From: Myxococcales bacterium
GTDB lineage: Bacteria; Myxococcota_A; Polyangia; Polyangiales; DASUME01
Direction of reading: 5' to 3'
DNA: 64,000 bases
NCBI GenBank assembly: GCA_047601445.1
Contig: JASGJH010000001.1
Coordinates: 1,856,001-1,920,000 of the forward strand
The notes under the pieces were generated by a model. The model was not told where the DNA came from. It did not search any database and worked only from the letters and a program-made list of their open reading frames with translations. Position numbers and translations under genes: made by a program. This document shows positions 42,984 through 53,024 of this stretch, piece after piece (position 1 is the stretch's first letter; the number at the start of each line of letters is the position of its first letter).

Positions 42984-43358
42984 GGCGAAGATTGTCCGTG
43001 AGCGCGCGTCATCAGCTCAAGGGTCCGCTGCGTTCGACGCTGCATTTTGCGGGCTGCCAACGCGGCTTGCGAACTCGAGTAAGTCACTCCTACAGACCCG
43101 CGAGCGCCAGCGCGGCCGCTCGATCGCGAGCCGCCTTACAGCGCCTTCAAGTGGTCCCCGTCCTCGCGCTGCAACCAACCGAGAGCGCATGCGCGGCGCG
43201 CGAAGCGTGGACATGGCAGCGTGGCGCGAACGGAAGCCGCCAGCGCGACGCGCAGCTGGCGAGCGCGGGAGGTCAGATGGTCTGCTCTCGGGTCGCGCAT
43301 GTGGGCGCTTTCCGCGAAAGGGGATTGCGCCCAGCTCGGCTGTGGCATGCTTCGCCCC

Positions 43359-43790
43359 ATGAGCGAAGCCCCTGAGCAAGAAGAGCTGCTTTTCGAAGGC
43401 CGGCCGGCGCTGTTGCCGAGCCTGGGGCCGCTGCTGATCACCATCGTGACGCTGGGCCTGGCTCTGGCTTACTACTGGTTCAAACAACAGGCGGTGCGCT
43501 ACCGCATCACCAGCCAGCGCGTGGTGGTGGAGAGCGGGATGCTCGGCAAGCGCCTCGACCAGATCGACCTCTATCGCATCCACGACTACGTGGTGGAGCG
43601 GCCGCTGGGACAGCGCATCATGGGCACCGGCAACCTGCTGCTCTCGACCCAGGATCGCAGCACGCCTGCCCTGCGCCTGAGTGGACTCGGCACCGACGTG
43701 GTGCAGCTCTACGAGCGCCTGCGTAAGGCCACCGAGAGCGAGAAGCGCCGCCGCGGTGTGCGCGTGCTGGACGCCGACCCGGTGGGATGA
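43359..43790 (+). CDS. Bacterial PH-domain (bPH_2) membrane protein
   Basis: One TM hairpin followed by YRITSQRVVVESG, I.LYRI.D, QRIMG.G. Confidence 0.8.
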   Translation: MSEAPEQEELLFEGRPALLPSLGPLLITIVTLGLALAYYWFKQQAVRYRITSQRVVVESGMLGKRLDQIDLYRIHDYVVERPLGQRIMGTGNLLLSTQDRSTPALRLSGLGTDVVQLYERLRKATESEKRRRGVRVLDADPVG

Positions 43791-43821
43791 ACGACGACGC
43801 CTCGCCAGAGTTCGCGGGCGC

Positions 43822-43856
43822 TTAAAAGCAAACAGCCGGTTCCGTTTGGAACCGGC
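43822..43856 (-). terminator. Probable intrinsic terminator of rpsA
   Basis: Stem GCCGGTTCC/GGAACCGGC (43835-43856) followed on the minus strand by UGUUUGCUUUU. Confidence 0.65.
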
Positions 43857-43894
43857 CGTCGAGAGCGGGCGCGGGCTCGCTTTGCTGGCACGGG

Positions 43895-43924
43895 GATCAA
43901 GAGCTGGCTCGAGCCAGCTCTTGA

Positions 43925-43926
<2 letters not shown>
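43895..43926. repeat. Perfect 32-bp palindrome overlapping the rpsA stop codon
   Basis: GATCAAGAGCTGGCTC|GAGCCAGCTCTTGATC is its own reverse complement. Confidence 0.9.
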
Positions 43927-45679
<1,753 letters not shown>

Positions 45680-45904
45680 GCTTGTGTTTCTTTGTTCGAT
45701 CACACCCAGGTCGGAGGAAGTCCTGTTGGCGTCGCGCACGGGTCACCGCACGCTGGCCACACACGGTGCCCGCTCTGAAGAGAGCTCGGCATCGTTGACC
45801 CGCGGTCGCCCCTGGGTGGCCCCTCGAGAATTGGGCGGAAAAGGCGCTGCGCGGGAGCGAAGACTTAGCATTGAGGGATCCAGGCGTCCAGGTAGGCCCC
45901 GCGC

Positions 45905-46140
45905 AGGGGACGGTTCTCGCTTTTTCGCTTTCCGCGCGAGGGGACGGTTTTCGCTTTTTCGCTTTCGGGGGAGTTGCCGTCGTGAGGAGACGGCTCTCGC
46001 TTTCTCGGTCATACCAGCTGAAATTGCCGATTAATTTTAGTCGAACCTGGCAGGCGCATCCGCACCGAAACCGAAAAGCTCCAGAACCGTCCCCGGCCCT
46101 CTCCGGACGCCAAAAAGCGAAAAAACGAAAACCGTCCCCT
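45905..46140. repeat. Cluster of five ~28-bp repeats (three direct, two inverted) around an AT-rich core
   Basis: AGGGGACGGTTyTCGCTTTTTCGCTTT at 45905 and 45939, a degenerate copy at 45985, and reverse copies at about 46065-46094 and 46112-46140. Confidence 0.85.
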
Positions 46141-46151
46141 ATGCTCCGGGC

Positions 46152-48014
46152 GTGTCTCGCGAGGAACTGCCGCTGTCGTGGACCGGGCCCGTCTGGGCTG
46201 GGGCCGTACCGTTTGCTCTGTATGTGCTTACCGCGGGCGGGGTCACTTACTGGCTCGACAGTGCCGAGTTCACGGCGGCGGCCATTGATCTCGACATCCC
46301 CCATCCGCCCGGCCATCCAGTCGCGAACCTGTGGGGCAAGCTGTTCACGCTCCTGCCGTTCGGTCCCCTGCCCTTTCGGGTGGCCCTCGGCCAGGCCGCC
46401 GCCTGTGCCCTCGCGCTCGCTTGCGCGCAGCGCGCCATCGCACGCTCCCTGCGCTTCCTCGGCCTCTCCCAGCGGGCGGCGCAGTGGGTCGGCGTGGGCT
46501 CGGCATGGCTGCTCGCCGGTAGCTACGGCTTCTGGTTTCAGGCCGTGCGCCCCGAAGTCTATGCGCTGGCGGCCTTCCTGGTGTGCTTCGCGCTCGAACG
46601 CCTGAGTGTGCTGGCCACGCGCGCGCCCGAAGGCGAGCTCGACGCGCGTCCCTTCTACGCCGCCACGCTCGCCGTCGGGCTCGGCCTCGCCAATCACCAC
46701 TTCATCTCCGTGCTCGCCCTGCCGGCCTTCCTGTGGCCCTTCGTGGAGCTGACCCGTAAGCAAGGCCTGCGCGTCTTCGCGTGGGGCATGGTGACCGGCC
46801 TGCTCGGGCTCGGCGCCTACGTGTACCTGCCGCTGCGCGCCGCCCGTCTGCCTCCCATGGACCTCGGCCACCCGGTGACTCCGGGTGCGCTCGCCTGGGT
46901 GGTGACGGCCCGGGTCTATGCCAAGAAGATCGGCAGCGAAGCCATCCAACCGCTGAGCGAGCGCTTCGCCGACTTGGCGGTAATCCTGGTAGAGAACCTG
47001 CGCGTGCCGGCGCTGCTCGCGATGCTGGTGGGCAGCTACTTGCTGGCCCGCAGACAACGCACATGGCGGCTAGCGGCGCTGTGGCTGAGCACGGCCTTCG
47101 TCAACTTGGCGGGCCGCGCCTGGCTCAATCCCGTGCGCGCCAACCCCGATGTGCTTGGATACATGATGCCCGGCTTCGTGGCCGTGGTGGCGCTCGCAGC
47201 CTGCGGACTCGCGCTGCTGGTGGTGGAGCTTTCAGAGCGACTTCCGCCACGCGCCAAGCTGCTCGAAAATGGCCTCAGCGCGCTGGCCTTGGCGGCGGGG
47301 ATTTGGGCGCTCGCGCAGGGCTATGCGCCTGCGAGCCTGGCAAGCTTTCACGCACCCGACCTGTTCGATGAGATCCGCTACCGCGCGCTGCCCGAAGGCA
47401 GCCGTCTCGTGCTCACCACCCCGCAAACCGTGTTTCGTCACTTCGGAGCCGACGCCGTGGAGCACCTGCGTCCGGACGTGGCCATGGTGCCGCTGCCCTT
47501 TCTCGACTACGGTCAGGCCGGCGAGCAGCTCGCGCGCAAGCGCCCGGAGCTGGCGCGCGTCATCCGCGGCTTCAGCCGCAACCAAGCGCTGGATCGTCAG
47601 GCCCTGACAGAGCTCTCGCATGGTCACCGGCTGTTGATCGAGCTCGACACGACCTCGACGCTGCCGCTCTACCCGTGGCTCAGCCCGAGTGGTCTGTTCT
47701 ATGAGTTCCTCGCCACGCCTCCGAGCGACGAACAGGTGGAGCAGGCCGCCCAGCGACGCGCCGCGCTGCTCGATTGGTTGGGCGAAGCGATCGGCGCGGA
47801 AGCCGAAGAGCTCGAGACCAAGCGACAGCTGCTCTGGATCCACTACACGGACGCCCTCTTCCTCGCCCAGCGTGGACTGCGTGCGCAGGCTCTGCGCGCG
47901 GCGGCGCGTGGGCTCTCACTCGAGCCTCAGGCCCGTGAGCTCGCGGCGCTGGCGGAGGCACTCGAGCAGGGCCAGGGGCCGCTCGACATCAGCCCGTTCC
48001 TGGTGCGCCTTTGA
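46152..48014 (+). CDS. DUF2723 / TMEM260-like membrane glycosyltransferase
   Basis: WLDSAEF...LDIPHPPGHP, FWFQA..PEVY, GLGLANHH, Y.YLPLRA signature motifs. Confidence 0.85.
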   Translation: MSREELPLSWTGPVWAGAVPFALYVLTAGGVTYWLDSAEFTAAAIDLDIPHPPGHPVANLWGKLFTLLPFGPLPFRVALGQAAACALALACAQRAIARSLRFLGLSQRAAQWVGVGSAWLLAGSYGFWFQAVRPEVYALAAFLVCFALERLSVLATRAPEGELDARPFYAATLAVGLGLANHHFISVLALPAFLWPFVELTRKQGLRVFAWGMVTGLLGLGAYVYLPLRAARLPPMDLGHPVTPGALAWVVTARVYAKKIGSEAIQPLSERFADLAVILVENLRVPALLAMLVGSYLLARRQRTWRLAALWLSTAFVNLAGRAWLNPVRANPDVLGYMMPGFVAVVALAACGLALLVVELSERLPPRAKLLENGLSALALAAGIWALAQGYAPASLASFHAPDLFDEIRYRALPEGSRLVLTTPQTVFRHFGADAVEHLRPDVAMVPLPFLDYGQAGEQLARKRPELARVIRGFSRNQALDRQALTELSHGHRLLIELDTTSTLPLYPWLSPSGLFYEFLATPPSDEQVEQAAQRRAALLDWLGEAIGAEAEELETKRQLLWIHYTDALFLAQRGLRAQALRAAARGLSLEPQARELAALAEALEQGQGPLDISPFLVRL

Positions 48015-48163
48015 AATGAGGTCTCGAGAGAACGGACCCCCGTGCTGCTCGTGCACACGGCGTGAACGCACCTCGGCGACCTTCGTCCCACATCGAGCTG
48101 CCCGGATGGCACGCTCCGGCACAGCGCCACGGTGAGAAACACGCCAATTTAAGCGCGCTTTCG

Positions 48164-48179
48164 TGGTACACGCATTGCT
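48164..48179 (+). promoter_or_regulatory. Sigma54 (-24/-12) promoter upstream of the dikinase-like lipoprotein
   Basis: TGGTACACGCATTGCT matches TGGYAY-N5-TTGCW, about 100 bp upstream of ATG 48282. Confidence 0.65.
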
Positions 48180-48281
48180 CTCCTCTGTGGATGGATGCCG
48201 CGCCCGTTCGCCCGTTGTGTGGGCACGTCAAGTGCGGAGGCCCGGCCTGGCCGAGCGTCACAGCGGGTCCTGGTGTCACCG

Positions 48282-51269
48282 ATGCTCGCGAAACCCATTC
48301 TCCCCTGGCTTGGATGCGCGCTGATCGCTCTCTCGGGTGGGACGCTCGGCGCCTGCTCGTCCAGCTCGAAGCATCACGGTCGTCCGCTCGATGCGGGCGC
48401 CTGTGAGGCGTTGGGGCTACGCATCAACGAAGCCGCCAGCGACAACGACGGCATCAACGTCGACGAAGCGGGCGAGACCGACGACTGGGTCGAGCTCATC
48501 AACGCAGGCAGTGAGCCCATCGACCTCGGTGCGTTTCGCATCAGCGACGGCAGCGAAGATGCCCTGCGCCTGCCCCATGACACGCTGGCCCCCGGCGCCG
48601 CGGTGCTGGTGTGGGCCGACGAGGAGCCGCAGGGGCCCTATCACGCACCCTTCAAGCTGAGCGCCTCGGGTGATCGCGTGGTGCTGACCCATGATGAATG
48701 TGGCGAGGTCGATCGGCTCGAGCTGCCCGCTCTTCCCCTCAACCAGAGTCTCGCGCGACTCCCCGATGCCACCGGCACGGGCGTCGTCTGCCGCTACGCC
48801 ACGCCCGGGCGCAGCAATGGAGACCGCTGCGAGCCGCCAGCCCCGCCATCGTTGCCCGACGATGCGACCTTCCGCTCCTTCACCTGGTCGCCCGTGCTGA
48901 CCCATGCCGACGGCCCCTTGCTGATCAGCGAGCTCGCGCTCAACCCAGCCTCCTTCATCGAGCTCTACAATCGTGGCGCGGATCCGATCGCGCTCGCGGG
49001 GATGTCCTTGCGTATCGCGGCCTCGGGTCCGGGCGTGGGCCTGCCCAGCGCCGTCGAGGGGCTCGCCATCGCACTGCCCGCGCAGGAGCTCGCGCCAGGT
49101 TCGCGCCTGCTGGTGCAGGTCGACACCAGTGGTCTCGAGCCCAATGAGTTCGAGGGCGTGGTGACCCTGTTCGACGCCGCGGGCGCCCCACTCGACCGCG
49201 TCGATTTCATGCGCTGGCCTGCGGATGCGGTGTTGGCCCGCGTCCCGGACGACTCCTCGCACTTCACGTTCTGCGAGGGCGGCAGCCCTGGGGCCTCCAA
49301 CGTGACCTGTCGCCAACTCGCAGCGCGTGAGGTCGGGGATCGCACGCGGCACCTGCGCACGCCCGCCGACTTCGTGAAGCTTGCGCAGGGCGGCACCGAG
49401 GTCGCGCAGCTGGGGGTCAAGTTCGTCATCGACATGGCAGCCGGCGACACCGTGCATTTCCTCGGGACCGAGCGCTGGGCCCTGCACTACACTTTCATCC
49501 GCGAGCGCATCTACGGCGACCCGCCGCTCGATCGCTGCGACCCGGTACAGGAGCACGCGTTCAATCAGGGGTGGTACACGTTCAGCCAGAGCGAGTACTT
49601 CCGCGCCGAAGGCCGGCGCTTCTTGCTCGGCACCCTCGTGCAGCACGCGAATGGCGCGCGCACGGTGGAGTTCGCAGCGGGCGACGAGATTAGCCCCGCG
49701 CAGATGCAGCGGGCCTTGTTCGCGGTGGCAACGCACACCGAGGATCCGACCGTCTGGTCGTTGCGTCCCATCGATCAGAGCCAACTCGCACGCATGCGAG
49801 AGATCGACGGCCTCGCCCCCATCGTGGGCCCCAATGCGCCGTTTCAGAACGTGAGCTACCAGCCGCTCACTCAAACCGTGGGCTTCGGGGTGCTGCGCTT
49901 CGTGCCTTCAGATCAGCTGGAGCAGGAACCGGTGCCGCTGCACAGCCTGGTGATCACCGACGCGGTGCCCAACGATATCGCCTTCGTGGAGGGCCTGATC
50001 ACGGAGGCCTTCCAAACGCCGCTGGCGCACGTGAATGTCTTGAGCCGCGCGCGTGGCACACCGAACATGGGCCTCGCCGGCGCGCGCCAGCACCCGCGCC
50101 TCGCGCCCCTCCTGGACAAGCTAGTGCGACTCGAGGTGGGTCCCTCGGACTTCTCGATCCGGGAAGCCTCCGCCGAGGAAGCGGCTGCGTTCTGGTCGGC
50201 CCGAACCAGTTCAAGTGAGCTCGTGACACCTCCGCGCGATCTCGCGCCCCGCGGCGTGCTGCCACTGAGCGAGCACGGCCTGACCGACGTGCCCGCCATC
50301 GGCGCCAAGGCCGCTCAGTTCGCCGAGCTTTACCGGGTGAGCGAACGGCCCTTTGGTTGTCCTACGGACACCGTGCCGCTCGGGGTCCCCGCGCAGGCCT
50401 TCGCCGTCCCCTTCGCGCATTATGCGGAGCACTTCGAGCAGAGCGGCGCGCGGGCCCTGCTGGAAAGCCTCCTGGCCGATCCCAACTTCATGGCGCTGCC
50501 GGATGCCCACGAGGCGGGCCTGGCAGCGCTGCGCGACGCCATCATGCGGCAGCCGGTGGAGCCCGCACTCTTGACGAGTGTCACCGAAGCCGTGCGCGAG
50601 CGCTTCGGCAAGCAACGCGTGCGCTTTCGCAGCAGCAGCAACACCGAGGACTTACCCGAGTTCAACGGCGCCGGGCTGCACACGTCCACGAGCGCCGAGC
50701 TCGACGATCCGGAGCTCCCCGTGGCCGACGCCATGCGCACGGTCTGGGCGAGCCTGTGGAACACGCGCGCCTTCGACGAGCGGGCCTACGCCAATATCGA
50801 TCAGAGTCAGGTAGCGATGGCCATCCTGGTGCACGAGGCGAGTCGCAGCGAAGCGGCCCAGGGGGTGGCCGTAAGCCGCAACCTGATGCACGTGACGCGC
50901 GCAGACATGTACTTCGTGGACGCCCAAATTGGCGAAGCCAGCGTGACCAACCCGGCACCCGGCGTGGTCACGGAGCAGACCATCTACCAGTGGCCGCCCC
51001 GCACCCCGGAGCTCACGCGCCTCTCACACAGCAGCCTCACGGAGCGCGACGTGTTGAGCGCACAGGAACTGCGCGACGTGGCCTGCGGGCTCAAGGCCGT
51101 GCACCAGCACTTCCAACCCTTGCTCGATCCGGAGCAGACCAACCGTCTGTTCGCCATGCAGATCGAGTTCAAGCTCGAGCACGCCACACGGCGTTTGGTG
51201 ATCAAGCAGGCCCGGCCGCAGCCGTTCAGAGGCATCGACGTCCCGGCGGACTGCCGCGAGTTCGAGTAG
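48282..51269 (+). CDS. Exported lipoprotein: two lamin-tail domains + phosphohistidine-swivel-like domain + PEP/pyruvate-binding (ATP-grasp) domain
   Basis: Lipobox LGAC; LRINE...DWVELIN and LISE...FIELYN (LTD); LITEAFQTPLAHVNVLSRARGTP; IGAKAAQF, RSSSNTED...GAGL, VWASLW, IEFK, KQARP. Confidence 0.85.
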   Translation: MLAKPILPWLGCALIALSGGTLGACSSSSKHHGRPLDAGACEALGLRINEAASDNDGINVDEAGETDDWVELINAGSEPIDLGAFRISDGSEDALRLPHDTLAPGAAVLVWADEEPQGPYHAPFKLSASGDRVVLTHDECGEVDRLELPALPLNQSLARLPDATGTGVVCRYATPGRSNGDRCEPPAPPSLPDDATFRSFTWSPVLTHADGPLLISELALNPASFIELYNRGADPIALAGMSLRIAASGPGVGLPSAVEGLAIALPAQELAPGSRLLVQVDTSGLEPNEFEGVVTLFDAAGAPLDRVDFMRWPADAVLARVPDDSSHFTFCEGGSPGASNVTCRQLAAREVGDRTRHLRTPADFVKLAQGGTEVAQLGVKFVIDMAAGDTVHFLGTERWALHYTFIRERIYGDPPLDRCDPVQEHAFNQGWYTFSQSEYFRAEGRRFLLGTLVQHANGARTVEFAAGDEISPAQMQRALFAVATHTEDPTVWSLRPIDQSQLARMREIDGLAPIVGPNAPFQNVSYQPLTQTVGFGVLRFVPSDQLEQEPVPLHSLVITDAVPNDIAFVEGLITEAFQTPLAHVNVLSRARGTPNMGLAGARQHPRLAPLLDKLVRLEVGPSDFSIREASAEEAAAFWSARTSSSELVTPPRDLAPRGVLPLSEHGLTDVPAIGAKAAQFAELYRVSERPFGCPTDTVPLGVPAQAFAVPFAHYAEHFEQSGARALLESLLADPNFMALPDAHEAGLAALRDAIMRQPVEPALLTSVTEAVRERFGKQRVRFRSSSNTEDLPEFNGAGLHTSTSAELDDPELPVADAMRTVWASLWNTRAFDERAYANIDQSQVAMAILVHEASRSEAAQGVAVSRNLMHVTRADMYFVDAQIGEASVTNPAPGVVTEQTIYQWPPRTPELTRLSHSSLTERDVLSAQELRDVACGLKAVHQHFQPLLDPEQTNRLFAMQIEFKLEHATRRLVIKQARPQPFRGIDVPADCREFE

Positions 51270-51332
51270 CGCGCTCGCGCGAGGCGCCGAGCACGTGACC
51301 TCCTGCTCGCCAAACATGCTAGGAAGGCTCCC

Positions 51333-51494
51333 ATGCAATGGGATCCCGCCGCTGAGGCACGCGTCAAGAAGGCCCCCTTCTTCATCCGTCCCTTCATCAA
51401 GAGCCGGGCCGAGAAAGAGGCCAAGGCGCGCAACCTGGAGCGCGTCACCGAGGCCCTGCTCGACGAGCTGAAGTCCAAGGAACACCGCGGCTGA
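51333..51494 (+). CDS. 53-aa stand-alone PCP_red-like (BchB/ChlB C-terminal-type) protein
   Basis: MQWDPAAEARVKKAPFFIRPFIKSRAEKEAKARNLERVTEALLDELK matches the W..EA...L..P.FVR...E..A...VT pattern; below the ORF-track cutoff. Confidence 0.8.
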   Translation: MQWDPAAEARVKKAPFFIRPFIKSRAEKEAKARNLERVTEALLDELKSKEHRG

Positions 51495-51507
51495 CGCAGC
51501 GCGCGGA

Positions 51508-51624
51508 AGGTCGCGTGACCTCTTTCGAGAAGACGCGAGTGCATTTCGTGAGCGACGCGAACCTCGCGGTGCGGTGGGTCCCGGGCTTTGCCGCAACGGG
51601 CGGGGAGGTCGCGTGGCCTCCCCG
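51508..51624. repeat. Dispersed intergenic repeat family A, copy 2 plus an extra hairpin core
   Basis: 51547-51624 aligns with 23408-23490; an isolated core AGGTC-GCGT-GACCT at 51508-51521. Confidence 0.8.
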
Positions 51625-51628
51625 ATTT

Positions 51629-52057
51629 TCAAGGCAGCGTGACGTTGCCGCGTGCGTCGAGTGGCCAGAACGGGTTGAACGCCACCTCCCACAGGTGACC
51701 GTCCGGATCGGCGAAATAGCCGGAATAGCCGCCCCAGAATACCTCCTGGGCGGGCTTCAGGATCTTGGCTCCGGCGCGCTCGGCAACCTGCAGTGCGGCG
51801 TCGACCTCGGCCTTGGATCCGTAGTTCTGGGCCAGTGACACACCCGAGAAAGGCGCGGGCGGTGAAGCCGGCAGGTGCGCGTCCTTGGCGAGCTCCTCGC
51901 GGCTCCAGAGAGCGAGCACCACGGCGCCCGCCTGGATGAACACCACGTGCTCGTTGCCGGCGCTCGACGCCTGAAAGCCGAGTCCATTGCAGTAGAAGTC
52001 GCGGGCGCGGGCAAGGTCGCTCACGCCCAGGGTCACGACGCTCAGTCTTGCTTGCAT
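51629..52057 (-). CDS. VOC/glyoxalase-family protein
   Basis: RLSVVTLGVSDL..A..FY, FWGGYSGYFADPDGHLWEVA; real start ATG 52057, the track ORF is over-extended. Confidence 0.92.
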   Translation of the reverse strand: MQARLSVVTLGVSDLARARDFYCNGLGFQASSAGNEHVVFIQAGAVVLALWSREELAKDAHLPASPPAPFSGVSLAQNYGSKAEVDAALQVAERAGAKILKPAQEVFWGGYSGYFADPDGHLWEVAFNPFWPLDARGNVTLP

Positions 52058-52182
52058 GGGTTCGGGATAGCAGGCCGCCGCGCGGGTGTCCCTACACTCT
52101 CGTGTCCTCGTCCTGGAAAGACGTAGGCGTGCGCGTGCGCGGTCCGCGCCGCAGCGGTAGCTGGACCGGTTCGTGACACCCC

Positions 52183-52956
52183 CTACTGCAGATCGATTCC
52201 CGCGCGCTTCGCCAGCTCCATCTCGATCAGTTCGTGCAAAGCCCCCTCGACCTCGCGACGCATGGCGCGCACCAACTTGAAATCGCTCTGCTGCGTGGGG
52301 GTGGCGCGCGGCGCGATGGCCTCGCCGAACACGAAATGCACCTGCACGCGGTGGGGAATGGGCAGGATGCGCTTGGGCAGCGGGATGGGGAATCCGCCGC
52401 GACCCAGCCACCTGCGCCCTCTTGCATAAGGGTCGCCCACGAAGTCGAACAGCTCGTCGGTGCCCACCGAGGCCAGCGGCACGATGGGCGCCTGGTTCCG
52501 GATGGCGGCGTGGATGAAGCCATAGCGCTGGCCCCACAACAGCTGGTAGCGCAGCTCGCGGGGCTTCACGGCTTCGCGCAAGCCACCGGGAAGAACCAAT
52601 ACGAGTTCGTCGCGGGACAACAAGCGATCCACGTTCTCCTTGGTGCCATCGACCGTACCCACGCCCGAAGCCAAACGACGTACGAACGGCACCTTCCACC
52701 AGAGATGCTCGCCGAGCACCCAGACCGGGCGCCCACGCGCGCGCCAGACCGCCGCCATCGCGAACACCACGTCCCAACCGAAGGCATGATTGGCTACGAT
52801 CAGCGCGCGGCCCGAGGGCAGGTGTTCGAGCCCCTCCACGTGGATATCCAGGCGATCGGCCACGCGCTCGACCACGTCGTAGAAGCGCTCCGCCAGCGCC
52901 GGCTGGAAGGCCTGGAACGCCTGCTTGTGCTGGGACTCGAAGCCATCGATGCTCAT
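52183..52956 (-). CDS. Lysophospholipid acyltransferase family protein
   Basis: HxxxxD motif NHAFGWD, LPGG.REA, APIVP. Confidence 0.88.
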   Translation of the reverse strand: MSIDGFESQHKQAFQAFQPALAERFYDVVERVADRLDIHVEGLEHLPSGRALIVANHAFGWDVVFAMAAVWRARGRPVWVLGEHLWWKVPFVRRLASGVGTVDGTKENVDRLLSRDELVLVLPGGLREAVKPRELRYQLLWGQRYGFIHAAIRNQAPIVPLASVGTDELFDFVGDPYARGRRWLGRGGFPIPLPKRILPIPHRVQVHFVFGEAIAPRATPTQQSDFKLVRAMRREVEGALHELIEMELAKRAGIDLQ

Positions 52957-53024
52957 TGGACGACACTCTCGGGGCGAGAACTCCCGCGTCTCCAGGGAAG
53001 TAATCGCGCGCGGCGCGCCGCCAG

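Noticed and set aside
42984..43358. Possible ncRNA in the 375-bp intergenic region
   Set aside because: Only short GC-rich stems expected by chance; no recognisable riboswitch or tRNA features
45905..46140. CRISPR array
   Set aside because: Spacers are 6-18 bp and irregular, copies switch orientation, and no cas genes are present
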